A stretch of 57,345 nucleotides of DNA from an uncultured Acidobacterium sp. (GTDB lineage: Bacteria; Acidobacteriota; Vicinamibacteria; Vicinamibacterales; UBA2999): contig CAYHCX010000017.1 in assembly GCA_964355095.1 (NCBI GenBank), forward strand, positions 1-57,345. Direction: 5' to 3'. Shown piece by piece: positions 8,048 through 17,910 of this stretch. Below the pieces are notes generated by a model. It was not told where the DNA came from and ran no database searches. It worked only from the letters and a program-made list of their open reading frames with translations. Both the position numbers and the translations under genes were made by a program. Position 1 is the stretch's first letter. Each line of letters begins with the position of its first letter.

Positions 8048-8569
8048 GTGTCCAAGCCGGTCATTGAGCCGCTCGTCAACGACCGGGTCCGCCTCCGCTT
8101 GCTCGAGGAAGGGGATCTGCCGATGACGTTGGCCTGGCGCAACCAGGATCACGTTCGAACATGGTTCCACTCGACGGCAACCGTGGTGCCGGCACAACAC
8201 CGGGAATGGTTTGAATCGTACCGGCACCAGGAGGACGACTTTGTGTTCGTGATCGAGGAGACCGAGACCCTGAAGCGCGCGGTGGGGCAAGCATCGCTGT
8301 ATCACCTCGATCGACGTGCGCGGCGGGCCGAGTTCGGCCGCCTGCTGATCGGCGATCCCGATGCGGTCGGCATGGGGCTGGCGAAGCTATCGACGCGGTG
8401 CCTGACGGCACTCGCGCTGGGTCCGTGGGACCTCGACGAGGTGTACCTCGAGGTGAAGGAATCGAATGGTCCCGCCCTGTCGGTCTACCGGGCGTGCGGC
8501 TTTGAAGAAACCGGCCGGCGGGAGGGTATCGTGCAGATGCGCGTGTCTAGAAGTAGCGTCGCAGGATGA
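8048..8569 (+). CDS. GNAT-family N-acetyltransferase (likely amino-sugar N-acetylation given the adjacent aminotransferase)
   Basis: VRLRLLEEGDLPMTLAWRNQDHV..., acetyl-CoA-loop-like GDPDAVGMGLAKL, and C-terminal NGPALSVYRACGFEETG. Confidence 0.7.
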   Translation: MSKPVIEPLVNDRVRLRLLEEGDLPMTLAWRNQDHVRTWFHSTATVVPAQHREWFESYRHQEDDFVFVIEETETLKRAVGQASLYHLDRRARRAEFGRLLIGDPDAVGMGLAKLSTRCLTALALGPWDLDEVYLEVKESNGPALSVYRACGFEETGRREGIVQMRVSRSSVAG

Positions 8570-10898
8570 TCGACAACGAGAAGACGTGGGCGAATATCGA
8601 GCAAGCGAGCAGCAGTGCCACGCGCCGCTCTCCCGATGCGGTGGTGCGCTCGCGCCAGAGGGCGGGCCACGTCCAGCACAGCGTGACGACAGTGAGGAAC
8701 CACCCAATCAGGTAACGGCCGTGAATATTCAACCCCATGGAATAGGCGGCCAGCGCGTATCCGGCCAGCGTCACCGCGGCCCCGGCTAGGCAGCAGCACA
8801 GAATCAGAAAGCGGCGTACCTCGTGGCGTTGCGCGATCTGGATCAGGAGCGCCGTGAGTGACAGCCCGGTCAGGGCGACCAGAAAGGCAATGAACGCCGC
8901 CGGCGGGAACGTGTCGAGCCAACCAAACCCGACCCAGAACGATTGCGTCAGGAGCAGACCGTGTCCCGCCAGGCGGAACAGGGTGAGCACGGTCGTCGCC
9001 ACTTGCTCGAGATAGTCTCGCAACGGTAGCGGCCGGTCTCCCATGATGCTCTCGAGCACCGGGTAGTCCCAGTAGAGCGAGCCGAGCAAGGAACCGACGA
9101 TCAACAGCGCGACACCCATGGGAATGATGCGGGTCGCGAATGTCAGCGGTGTTCGGAGAACCCCCGCGAGGAAGGCGAGCGGACGTCGCAGCAGCACCTC
9201 GGCAACCCAACCGCAAGCGGCGATGATGATGGGAAACCAGGGCTCGGTGACCGCGTCTCGAAGGTCGGACAGCGGTGGCGTGAGATGAGCCAGGCCAACG
9301 AGGCCTTCGTGGATTACCACCCAGTGCGAATCAGTCAGGATCGGCGCGGAGGTGCCGGCACCGAGGCCGAACCCGGCCCAGAAGATCAACGACTCGGCTC
9401 CCGACCGGTCCGTCCGCGGCGCCGTCAGCACGCGAACCAGCAGCAGCGTGCCGACCAACGGCATCATCGGCAGCGAGTTCCTGGCGCCGACGAGCAGGCC
9501 GGCATAGCACAGACCAATCAGCGGCCCGAGCCAATGAGCGCGCGGCCCGCCGAGAAAGCTGAGCGCAACCATCGTGGCAAACACCACGGACAACGACGTC
9601 ACGAGCGCCGATTCGCCGACATGCATCCCGAAGAATGGCAGCGCCGGTACGAGCAAGAACGGGAAACACAACAGTTGCGGGTAACTGACGGGCGCGATCC
9701 ACGCGACGGCGGCGGCGGTCAGCAGCAACGCGAGCGCAAACACAGCCGCATTGGTGAGGCGCAGCATCAGGAACACCGTTCGCGTCGTGGCATCGGGAAG
9801 ACATCGCTGCAGCACCTGCCAGAAGCGCGCGGTCAGACTGCTCCTGGCGACGGTCTCCACGGGAATGAATCCCCCCTCCCAGACCGGTTCCGGCGCCCCG
9901 ACATCACGCGGCCGGAACTTCTCATGGCCGCGCCCCATGATTCGAGAGTTGTGGCCACGCGCACCCCACGCCATCGCCTGCTCCCTCATCTCCGGCCTGC
10001 CCGCCATGATGAGGTAGGCCGCGAAGTGATGCGTCTCGTCGGCGGCTTGAAACGGCGGCGCAATGACTGCGTAAGACCAGGACAATGCCAGTCCGAGGCA
10101 GAAAGTGCCGATCGCGGCATGCACTCGGAATTGCCGGCGTCCGTCAGGCTCCGGCGGCATCGGCGTGAAGGGGAACAGGTACACGCCCAGCGTCACAAGC
10201 CCGGCCGTGATCGCGACTGCGGCCCAGACGAAGTACGAGCGCAATGCATCGGTCCAGACGTAGTTGAGCAGATCGCCGCGCCGCAGTCCGAGGTCCGACC
10301 GGTCATCGACGAACCACCCGATCGCGACGGGCGCCGCCTTCGCCTCCGTCTGATTGACGTAGATCAAGCCCCGAGCGCGGTACTCGTCCGCAAGGTCGCG
10401 GGCGTAGATGCCCAAGTCACCCGGCGCATCGACTCGCATCGTCAGGTCCAGTTCACCGGTTGCGATGCCATCCCGCGAGCGGCATCGATCAGAGCGCACG
10501 AATGTGAGCGGGTCCAAATCGAGGACCCGCGCCCCTGGCCGCGTGTCGTAGGTGCAGGGTGTACCGCGTACTGTGATCCGACCCGACACGGCATACGGCG
10601 TCAGACGATCGCTGTGGAAGAAGAGGAGGCGCAGCTCTGGATGCGTGATGACCTCGTTGGGAGCCGGCGAGGAGAGCCAGAACCGAAAGATGGTCGCCTC
10701 GCCGTCGCGCAAGGCCTCTGCCGCCGGCACCTGGACCGCTTCGCTGTTCGCGTCGACGGGATCAATCCGTGTCTCGATGCGATCCGGCGTTGGCCGTGAG
10801 CGGAGCGCGAGGAAAACCGGAATGATGAACGCGAGACCGAACAACAGCGCCCGCGCTCCGCGGCTGTGGATCGCTGATGACGGAGCCGGCACGTTCAC
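8547..10898 (-). CDS. Large polytopic membrane protein with N-terminal anchor plus a roughly 250-aa extracytoplasmic domain; tentatively DUF2142/GT-C-like
   Basis: 783-aa ORF with a clean hydrophobic periodicity. ADETHHFAAY loop motif after the first helix of the core, and more than 10 helices. It is the only long minus-strand gene apart from the transposase. Its 3' end overlaps the GNAT gene by 23 bp. Confidence 0.7.
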   Translation of the reverse strand: MNVPAPSSAIHSRGARALLFGLAFIIPVFLALRSRPTPDRIETRIDPVDANSEAVQVPAAEALRDGEATIFRFWLSSPAPNEVITHPELRLLFFHSDRLTPYAVSGRITVRGTPCTYDTRPGARVLDLDPLTFVRSDRCRSRDGIATGELDLTMRVDAPGDLGIYARDLADEYRARGLIYVNQTEAKAAPVAIGWFVDDRSDLGLRRGDLLNYVWTDALRSYFVWAAVAITAGLVTLGVYLFPFTPMPPEPDGRRQFRVHAAIGTFCLGLALSWSYAVIAPPFQAADETHHFAAYLIMAGRPEMREQAMAWGARGHNSRIMGRGHEKFRPRDVGAPEPVWEGGFIPVETVARSSLTARFWQVLQRCLPDATTRTVFLMLRLTNAAVFALALLLTAAAVAWIAPVSYPQLLCFPFLLVPALPFFGMHVGESALVTSLSVVFATMVALSFLGGPRAHWLGPLIGLCYAGLLVGARNSLPMMPLVGTLLLVRVLTAPRTDRSGAESLIFWAGFGLGAGTSAPILTDSHWVVIHEGLVGLAHLTPPLSDLRDAVTEPWFPIIIAACGWVAEVLLRRPLAFLAGVLRTPLTFATRIIPMGVALLIVGSLLGSLYWDYPVLESIMGDRPLPLRDYLEQVATTVLTLFRLAGHGLLLTQSFWVGFGWLDTFPPAAFIAFLVALTGLSLTALLIQIAQRHEVRRFLILCCCLAGAAVTLAGYALAAYSMGLNIHGRYLIGWFLTVVTLCWTWPALWRERTTASGERRVALLLACSIFAHVFSLSIILRRYF

Positions 10899-11031
10899 CT
10901 TGACAAGCGTACCATCAATCGCGCTGCTCGGAGCGGCCTGTGACCCGTGCTACATCCCGTGTTCAACTTATGAACATGTCGTCGCGCCAGAGGGGGGCGT
11001 GTAACCGGCGCCAGCGGTGAGCGGCGGCATG

Positions 11032-11040
11032 TGCTACAAT
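11032..11040 (+). promoter_or_regulatory. Extended -10 promoter candidate TGCTACAAT
   Basis: TGn+TACAAT read directly in the AT-richer gap upstream of the 46-kb plus-strand gene array. No good -35 hexamer. Confidence 0.35.
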
Positions 11041-11046
11041 TCTATC

Positions 11047-11063
11047 TTCATTTCGTGAACAAG
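11047..11063. promoter_or_regulatory. Operator-like site 1: TTCA-N5-TGAACAAG
   Basis: TTCATTTCGTGAACAAG, starting 6 nt downstream of the TACAAT hexamer. Same architecture as site 2, 104 bp away. Confidence 0.4.
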
Positions 11064-11149
11064 GTTACCGTTGGCATCAGCCGGTGCGTGTGACTGACGG
11101 GCGCGACGTGTCGCGAACCGATCGGGCCTTCGATATGATAACATTTTGT

Positions 11150-11167
11150 GTTCAATCTTTGAACAAG
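11150..11167. promoter_or_regulatory. Operator-like site 2: GTTCA-N5-TGAAC palindrome plus AAG
   Basis: GTTCAATCTTTGAACAAG has perfect 5-bp inverted arms. It starts 10 nt downstream of a second -10-like hexamer, TATGAT (11134-11139). Confidence 0.4.
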
Positions 11168-11198
11168 ACGGCTCAAGTATTCTTTCTGGGATCTGCCC

Positions 11199-12416
11199 TT
11201 GCCCACCACACGCTCTGACGTCGAACTCCCGCCGCTGACTATTTCCGACTACGTGGGCGTCGGGTTGTCCCGGCCCTTGGTGATGGCGCTGTGCCTCGCC
11301 ATTGGCCTCGGCCTCGCGCTGGTCATCAACCTCAGGAGCGAAACGCTCTATCGAGCCTCGGCCCGGCTCATCGTGCTGGACAGCCAGGGACGGACGCCTC
11401 TCGACAGTCCGGCCGCGGTCCTCCAGTTCAGTCCCTATTTTTTTGCAAATGCCGAAACACTCGATCGTGCCGTCGCCACGCTGGGTCTGGCTCCGGACGC
11501 GCAGCAGCGAGTGCGGGCGAGGGTCGAACGCCGCATCGACACGAACTTCATTCGAAACACGTCGATACTGGAAGTGGCGCTGAGCCTGTCAGACCGCGAG
11601 ATGGCTGGCCGGCTGCTTCGTGCGATCGTCGACGCCGGCATCGAGCTGAACCGAGGCGTTGTCCGCCAGTCCAGCGCCGAATCGCAGACGCTTCTCAACG
11701 AACAACTCACACTCGCGTCGAGCGGGCTCGCGATCAAGGAAGCGGCGCTGCGCAAGTTCCTCGCCGCCGCACGTCTCGGCCCAAGGCACAACGAGCTTGA
11801 TACGCAACTAGAGGCGAGTTTGGCGCTGGAAACCGCGTTCCACGAGACGCGCATGCGGCAGTCCTATCTGGGCGCCTACACGGCGCGCCTGACCAAGGAT
11901 CTCAGCGGCCAGGACAAGGTGATCTCCTTGCGCCGCAATCTGTCCGACGAACCGGAGGCGGCGGCCCTCTTGCCGACGCGGCCGGCGCCGACCGCGTCGG
12001 TGAGCACTGAAATCATCAACCCGTTGCATGAGGTCGCGGAGCCCGACCTCAAAATGAAGGTGGCCGGCCTCGCCGGGGAATCCACGTCGTTGGAGAGACT
12101 GGAATCCGACATCCGGAACGTCAAGAACGACATTGCCGCCAGGTCCGCCGCGCTCGAGCAAGACGATCTCACGATGGAACGGCTCCGGGCGGAATACGAT
12201 TTGACTCAGTCCACCTACTCCAATGCTCTGACCGAATACCAACGCGCCAATATCAGGGTGGCCGAAAGAGCCGCCGACCTCCGCATCTTCGAGGGCGTGC
12301 GCGTCGGCACGGCTCCGTATTCACCTCGCCATGTCCGAAACTATGCGTACGGCGCCGCCCTGGGGCTTTTCGCGGGCATCATCATCACGCTCACGTTGAA
12401 CGGTAAACGGCGGTGA
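11199..12416 (+). CDS. Polysaccharide co-polymerase / chain-length determinant (Wzz/GumC-like PCP, no kinase domain)
   Basis: N-terminal helix LVMALCLAIGLGLALVI followed by LYRASARLIVL, a long coiled-coil-like periplasmic region, and a C-terminal helix YGAALGLFAGIIITLTL. TTG start is uncertain. Confidence 0.75.
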   Translation: MPTTRSDVELPPLTISDYVGVGLSRPLVMALCLAIGLGLALVINLRSETLYRASARLIVLDSQGRTPLDSPAAVLQFSPYFFANAETLDRAVATLGLAPDAQQRVRARVERRIDTNFIRNTSILEVALSLSDREMAGRLLRAIVDAGIELNRGVVRQSSAESQTLLNEQLTLASSGLAIKEAALRKFLAAARLGPRHNELDTQLEASLALETAFHETRMRQSYLGAYTARLTKDLSGQDKVISLRRNLSDEPEAAALLPTRPAPTASVSTEIINPLHEVAEPDLKMKVAGLAGESTSLERLESDIRNVKNDIAARSAALEQDDLTMERLRAEYDLTQSTYSNALTEYQRANIRVAERAADLRIFEGVRVGTAPYSPRHVRNYAYGAALGLFAGIIITLTLNGKRR

Positions 12417-13423
12417 ATGCGCTGGCCCCCTTCCGGGTAGGCGTAGTCGGTGCCGGCGGCGTCGCAGATGGCTATCACATCCCCGTCCTGAAGCAACTGA
12501 GCGGCGTGGAGGTGCCCTGGGTGGCCGATCTCGATCTCTCGAAAGCCACGCAGGTGGCGCGCCGACACGGTGTCCCAATCAGTGTGACCTCGCTCAGTGA
12601 CGTCGGCGACGTCGACGCCGTGTTGGTCGCGATCCCGGTTGGCGCCCGTGGCCCGGTGCTGAAGACGGTTTTTTCCCGCCAGTGGCATGCCTTCATCGAA
12701 AAGCCCTTTGCCACCACGGCCTGCGAGCATCGCCAGATCCTTGACGATGCGGGGAAGGCAGGTGTCCAAGTGGGCGTGGGTTTCATACGCCGCTTTTATC
12801 GCGCGATCGTCGACGGGCGCGACCTGCTTGGCTCAGGCGTGTTGGGGCCGATTCGTGAAGTCTGGGCGGCTGAAGGTGGCCTGATGCGCGGCTCCGGGCG
12901 CGGCGATGACTGGTATCAGGGTGACGCGAAGGCCGCCGGCGGCGGGGTACTCGCTGAAACCGGTTCACACCTGATCGACCAGGCGCTGTTTCTCACCGGA
13001 GCAATTGAAGTGCGGAACGTGCACGCGTCGGCCCGGCGTGCCGGTGCGCTCGATCTGGAAACGTTTGTCTCACTCACGGCCCGGCGACCCGCACAACCCG
13101 ATCCATTTGAACTCCGTGTCGTTCTCAGTCGGCTGCGCGGCGTTGCCGTCGGTGTGACCATCCAGTGTCAACATGGCGCAATCCGATGTGGCGTCGGCAG
13201 CGGCGGCCAGCTCGAACTGCTCGACCAGAATCTGCGTCCGTCGCGCACCATTGCGCCGCGAGCGGCCGGTGCGGATGCTGTCTATCAGGCGTTCGCTTTG
13301 GAATGGATGGCGTTCATCGATCAGTGCCGCACGGCCCTTCCCTCAACCGTTGACGCTTCGTCCGCCATCCTGACCACGGAAGTGATCGAGTCGGCTTATG
13401 GCGCCATGGCGGCAAGCGTGTAA
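12413..13423 (+). CDS. Gfo/Idh/MocA-family NAD(P)-dependent sugar oxidoreductase
   Basis: GTG overlaps the upstream stop. Rossmann N-terminus RVGVVGAGGVADGYH and EKP motif (AFIEKPFA). Confidence 0.8.
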   Translation: MNALAPFRVGVVGAGGVADGYHIPVLKQLSGVEVPWVADLDLSKATQVARRHGVPISVTSLSDVGDVDAVLVAIPVGARGPVLKTVFSRQWHAFIEKPFATTACEHRQILDDAGKAGVQVGVGFIRRFYRAIVDGRDLLGSGVLGPIREVWAAEGGLMRGSGRGDDWYQGDAKAAGGGVLAETGSHLIDQALFLTGAIEVRNVHASARRAGALDLETFVSLTARRPAQPDPFELRVVLSRLRGVAVGVTIQCQHGAIRCGVGSGGQLELLDQNLRPSRTIAPRAAGADAVYQAFALEWMAFIDQCRTALPSTVDASSAILTTEVIESAYGAMAASV

Positions 13424-14523
13424 TGAACATGCGAATCGGCGTGTTAGGGGCAAATGGGCAAGTTGGACTAGCGGTCTGCAAGGAAATCGCGTCGCGATCC
13501 GACGTCCAGGGAATCGCCATCGTTCGGAACGGCCTGGCCGCCGGAGTGGTCCAAGTGCTGGTCGGCGATGACATCGAGATCCGAGTTGGCTCACTGAGTC
13601 CGTCAACGGGGCAGCGCCTTGTTGGCGATTGTGATGCGATCATCAATTGCGCCTTTCCAGCCGCCAGCGGCGCGGCTGCGGGGCGTCAAGCGAATGAACG
13701 TCTGTTTGCGGCAATCAAACAAGCGGCGCCGCAGGCACACCTGACGCACTTGAGTTCCGTGGCGGTCTATGGCCCCGGCTCGGTCGAAGCGACGCACCCC
13801 AAGCCGTCGTCATCGTACGGCACGGAGAAGGTGCACCACGAGCGTGTGCTCCGGGGGCTGTTTGGCGCCGACCAGCTGCTGATGGTCCGGCTCGGACACG
13901 TTTACGGCGCCGACACGCCGGTGACGGGATTCATTCTCGATCGCGTGACCGATCCACATTTTCGACTGCCGGTGCCGGATGATGCCGCTTCGAATGCGGT
14001 GGCCATGCTGCGCGCGGGACGGGCACTTCTGGCCGCGGCCGCTTCGAAGACGATCGGCAGCTACGACCTCGTTGACGAGCCCAGCACCAGGTGGCGCACC
14101 CTGTTCGACTGGCATTGTGACGCGTTTGGAATGCCGAAGGTCATGACCGGAAATGGTGCCGGGCCGACGCGCCCGTCGCTGCCGGCCACCGTCGCGGCTG
14201 CGCTGAGGAGCAGCGTACGCGTGCCAGATCCAGGGGTGCTCGCGGCAAACCCGATCATCCGCGGCGCGTTTGACAGCGTCGTGACCGGCGTGCCCGCCGA
14301 CTTCGAGCAAGCCGCGCGGCGTTGGTATCAGCGCCAGGCGGTCGGCCGGCAGTTGACCCGGATTGGGTCCCCACCAACCGAGGTGCCAGACTGGATATTT
14401 TATCCGAAATCGCCGGGTCATAATTTACCGGCGACCCCGGTCGACCTCTTCGAGCAACGCTCCGGGATTTTCGAATGGTATCGACGCGTGACCGATCCAC
14501 GCTGGATTTGGCAACAACGGTGA
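13423..14523 (+). CDS. NAD(P)-binding SDR-type epimerase/reductase-like protein
   Basis: TAATG overlap with the upstream gene. IGVLGANGQVG glycine motif and YGTEK (YxxxK). Confidence 0.65.
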   Translation: MNMRIGVLGANGQVGLAVCKEIASRSDVQGIAIVRNGLAAGVVQVLVGDDIEIRVGSLSPSTGQRLVGDCDAIINCAFPAASGAAAGRQANERLFAAIKQAAPQAHLTHLSSVAVYGPGSVEATHPKPSSSYGTEKVHHERVLRGLFGADQLLMVRLGHVYGADTPVTGFILDRVTDPHFRLPVPDDAASNAVAMLRAGRALLAAAASKTIGSYDLVDEPSTRWRTLFDWHCDAFGMPKVMTGNGAGPTRPSLPATVAAALRSSVRVPDPGVLAANPIIRGAFDSVVTGVPADFEQAARRWYQRQAVGRQLTRIGSPPTEVPDWIFYPKSPGHNLPATPVDLFEQRSGIFEWYRRVTDPRWIWQQR

Positions 14524-14560
14524 TCGGCGGCCGGGCACATCGACGTTCCGCAGAACCATT

Positions 14561-15931
14561 GTGAATCGCCTCTATGTTTTCGCCGTGAACAGCGCCTTGC
14601 TGGTGCTGTTCGCGTTTGTTGCGCCGCAACTCGAACCCGCTGATTTGCTGGTGATCTTCGTCGGGCTTCAACTGATCCTCATCGGGTCACACTTGGTGGT
14701 CCTTCATTTCGACGGATTGTTCGACCCGTTTGACGCGCTGAACATTCTGAACACCGGGCTGTTTATCCATTTCGTGTTCGCTCCTGTCCTGCTGACCACC
14801 CGCACGATCACCGGGTTCTACACAGACCTGTGGAATCCTGCCGACGCGCCGTACGCGTTCGTGCTGATACAACTCGTGGGTCTGAGCGTGCAGGCGGGCT
14901 ATTACCTGCCGCTCCAGCTATCGGCGCGAGCACCCTTCAGTGGTTTGCAGCCGTCGGCCATCCGCATCGCCATGCTTGCTCTGTTGGTCCTCGGCGTCGC
15001 ACTGGCTTTGCAGGGCCTTCGCCTCCAGGCTGGAACATTCGCGACGGTGGACACGCCGATCGTGATTCTGACAGGCACGACGTTCCTGTTGCCTCACATC
15101 TTGATGATGGCGCCGGTCGGACGTTCCGCAGTCGGCCTGGTTGTCACGGGGCTTGGGTTGGTCACTGTCCTCGCCGTTTCGGTCCTTTCCGGCAGCGGGT
15201 CCAAGCAGGGTGTTCTCAACGTAGTTCTCGCGGTCGTCTTCTATCGCCACTATTTTGTTGCGCCGCTCAAAATCCGGCAATTGGCCGCGGTGGGTACCCT
15301 TGGTCTCGTCGCCCTTATTTACATGAACTACGCGCGTGTTGGCGGTCTGACCCAGACCCTGTCGAGTGCGGCCACTGCCAATCCGTTCGTGGACGGCAAC
15401 TGGCAGCGACTGATGCAGGCGGGAGTCGCGTCAGCCCTGACGCCGTACGAAGGGTTGCTGGTCGCCATCAATACGTTTCCGAATCTGCTACCCTTCCAGG
15501 GAGGACAACGCATCATCGAGGAGATGCTCTATCCGCTGTTCCCACGGATCTTCTTCCCGGAGAAGCCGATCGTTTATGGATCGGCCTTCGTGTGGGAGCT
15601 ATATCGCGGGTTCCTGACCCTGGAGCGGCCAATCTACGAATCGATCTCGCTGCCGGGGCATCTCTACATCGATTTCGGTGTGGCTGGGGTGGTCGTCGCG
15701 GGCTTCATCACGGGTGCGGTTCAGCGCGTCATTTACCAGATGCTGATTGCCCGCCGTCCTTCTCGAGGCAGCGTCGCCTTGTACGGCGCAATCGTCGCTT
15801 TGACGTTCACGGCGGCCCGCGCATTCCAGTGGACCACGTATACGATCGTGACATCAATCGTGGTGCCGACGTTGATGGTCTGGTGCGTCCAACGGCCGAC
15901 CAGTGCCGCCGATGTGGCGACCAAACGTTAG
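14561..15931 (+). CDS. Wzy-like oligosaccharide repeat-unit polymerase (polytopic membrane protein)
   Basis: About 12 hydrophobic helices with one larger loop, no soluble domains. Sits next to the PCP and in the same array as wzx. Confidence 0.6.
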   Translation: MNRLYVFAVNSALLVLFAFVAPQLEPADLLVIFVGLQLILIGSHLVVLHFDGLFDPFDALNILNTGLFIHFVFAPVLLTTRTITGFYTDLWNPADAPYAFVLIQLVGLSVQAGYYLPLQLSARAPFSGLQPSAIRIAMLALLVLGVALALQGLRLQAGTFATVDTPIVILTGTTFLLPHILMMAPVGRSAVGLVVTGLGLVTVLAVSVLSGSGSKQGVLNVVLAVVFYRHYFVAPLKIRQLAAVGTLGLVALIYMNYARVGGLTQTLSSAATANPFVDGNWQRLMQAGVASALTPYEGLLVAINTFPNLLPFQGGQRIIEEMLYPLFPRIFFPEKPIVYGSAFVWELYRGFLTLERPIYESISLPGHLYIDFGVAGVVVAGFITGAVQRVIYQMLIARRPSRGSVALYGAIVALTFTAARAFQWTTYTIVTSIVVPTLMVWCVQRPTSAADVATKR

Positions 15932-16909
15932 ATGGACGTCGATCACTTGCCGCACCTGGTGTGTCCGGCCTGCCGTGGCGCCCTCGAATTGCTCGCGGTC
16001 GCGACGAATGCGGGCCGCGTGATCGAGGGCCAGCTGACGTGTCCCGAGTGCCGCCGACCGTACCCAATTGTCGGTGGCATCCCTCGATTCGTGGATGCCA
16101 GCAATTACGCCGCCAGCTTCGGCTATCAGTGGCTGCGGCACGCTCGCACGCAATACGACAGTGAAAGCGGAAAGGCGATTACCGAACGCAGGTTTTTCTC
16201 GGCGACCGGTTGGCCACGGCGCATGGAGGGCCAGCAGATTCTCGAAGTAGGCAGCGGGAGCGGCCGCTTCACCGAACAGGCGGCTCAGACCGGTGCGTTC
16301 GTGGCGTCGGTGGATTACAGCCGAGCGGTCGAGGCGAACCATGCCTCCAACGGACACCTGGCGAACGTATTGATCGTGCAGGCGGATATCTTCGCGCTGC
16401 CATTCGCAACGGGGTCGTTCGACAAGGTGTTCTGTTTCGGCGTGTTACAGCACACACCGGATCCCGAACGAGCGTTTCTCGCGCTTCCGGCGATGCTGAC
16501 TGTGAATGGACAGTTGGCCATCGACGTCTATTACAAGAGCCTCGCCACCACGATTCTGAACCTCAAATACCTCGTTCGCTGGTTGGTGCGCGGTGCCCGC
16601 GCCGATCGATTGTATGCGGGCGTCGAGAGGTGGATTTCGTGGACGTGGCCGCTCGCGCGCATTGTCGCAAGGATTCCGAAGCTTGGTCCGGCGTTGTTGC
16701 ACCGGCTGATCATCCCGTACTATTCGCTCGGATTGAGCGATGACCAGGCTCGTATCTGGGCCACGCTCGACGCCTTTGACATGCTGTCGCCCCGCTACGA
16801 CTCGCCGCAGCGCGTCGCCGACGTCCAGCGCTGGTTCGAGCGCGCCGGGCTTCGACAAGTTCGCGTCGGTCGCGGCTCCAACGGCATCGTCGCCGCGGGT
16901 CAGCGATGA
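15932..16909 (+). CDS. Class I SAM-dependent methyltransferase with N-terminal Trm112-like zinc ribbon
   Basis: CPACRG...CPECRRPYPIVGGIPRF, then SAM motif I ILEVGSGSGRF and VFCFGVLQH. Confidence 0.8.
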   Translation: MDVDHLPHLVCPACRGALELLAVATNAGRVIEGQLTCPECRRPYPIVGGIPRFVDASNYAASFGYQWLRHARTQYDSESGKAITERRFFSATGWPRRMEGQQILEVGSGSGRFTEQAAQTGAFVASVDYSRAVEANHASNGHLANVLIVQADIFALPFATGSFDKVFCFGVLQHTPDPERAFLALPAMLTVNGQLAIDVYYKSLATTILNLKYLVRWLVRGARADRLYAGVERWISWTWPLARIVARIPKLGPALLHRLIIPYYSLGLSDDQARIWATLDAFDMLSPRYDSPQRVADVQRWFERAGLRQVRVGRGSNGIVAAGQR

Positions 16910-17904
16910 GCGCGCCGGTGGTGACGGTGCTGCTTGCGGTCCGCGACGCCGCGCAGCATATCGATGCGGTCGTCGAGAATATCCTGTCACAAGCATTCGC
17001 TGATCTGGAGCTGCTGGTTGTCGACGATGGTTCGGCCGACACGACGCGGGCGCGGCTGAAGGGGGTGCGCGACGCTCGCGTGCGCGTGCTGGAACAGCCG
17101 CGGCTCGGCCTGACCGCGGCGCTCAGTCGGGGAGTGAGCGAGGCCCGCGGAGAGTTCGTGGCGCGCCAGGATGCGGACGATCGCTCCCATCCCGATCGCC
17201 TCGCCAAACAAGTGGCGCTGCTACGGGCCCGACCAGAGGTGGCGTTGGTCGGCACCGGCGTTCGGGTCGTCGACTCCTCGCGGCGTCTGCTCGGCGACTA
17301 CGTGTACCCGACTGCGCATAAAGCCATCATGCGCGCCTTGTTCGACCTGTCAAATCCACTGCCGCACACGTCGATCATGTTTCGGCGCCGCGAGGTGGCG
17401 GCGTGCGGCGGCTATCGCGGGCGGTTCCTGAAGTCGCAGGAGTACGATCTGTTCCTGCGGGTCGGCGAGCGGCACCAACTGGCGACGATCGCGGATCCGC
17501 TTTGCGAACTGGAACATTCGATGACGTCGATGACCGGGGCGGCCGCCGACGGCGAGCAATTCGAATACGGTGTCCTGGGCCTGGTCGCGGCGGTCATCCG
17601 GCGAAATGGGTGGCCGGATCCGCTTGATGCACCGGACGGTGACCGGTTCCATCAACGATATCGCGAGTGGTATCGGACCAGCGAGCTGCCAGCGGCTTTT
17701 CGATCCCGTCTGCTACGGCGCGCGGCGCGACTCTCGTGGGCGGAGGCGCGGCCATTCGCCGCGCTACGCCATGCGGCGCGCAGCGTCATCGTCGATCCCT
17801 GGTGGGCCCGTGACGAACTCGTGCCGTGGGCGACTCCCCGTGCCGCTTTGGTTGCCACCCGCTGGGCGACAGCGCATCGGCCGATGCCCCACGGCAGAGG
17901 TTGA
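16906..17904 (+). CDS. GT2-family glycosyltransferase
   Basis: ATGA overlap with the upstream gene. VTVLLAVRDAAQHI..., LLVVDDGSAD, RQDADD. Confidence 0.85.
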   Translation: MSAPVVTVLLAVRDAAQHIDAVVENILSQAFADLELLVVDDGSADTTRARLKGVRDARVRVLEQPRLGLTAALSRGVSEARGEFVARQDADDRSHPDRLAKQVALLRARPEVALVGTGVRVVDSSRRLLGDYVYPTAHKAIMRALFDLSNPLPHTSIMFRRREVAACGGYRGRFLKSQEYDLFLRVGERHQLATIADPLCELEHSMTSMTGAAADGEQFEYGVLGLVAAVIRRNGWPDPLDAPDGDRFHQRYREWYRTSELPAAFRSRLLRRAARLSWAEARPFAALRHAARSVIVDPWWARDELVPWATPRAALVATRWATAHRPMPHGRG

Positions 17905-17910
17905 GATACC

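Noticed and set aside
10899-11198. A JUMPstart/ops (GGCGGTAG) antitermination element, a tRNA or a small ORF in the main intergenic gap.
   Set aside because: No GGCGGTAG-like octamer was seen. There is no cloverleaf-compatible arm pairing and no ORF with a credible start. Only the promoter- and operator-like elements are reported.
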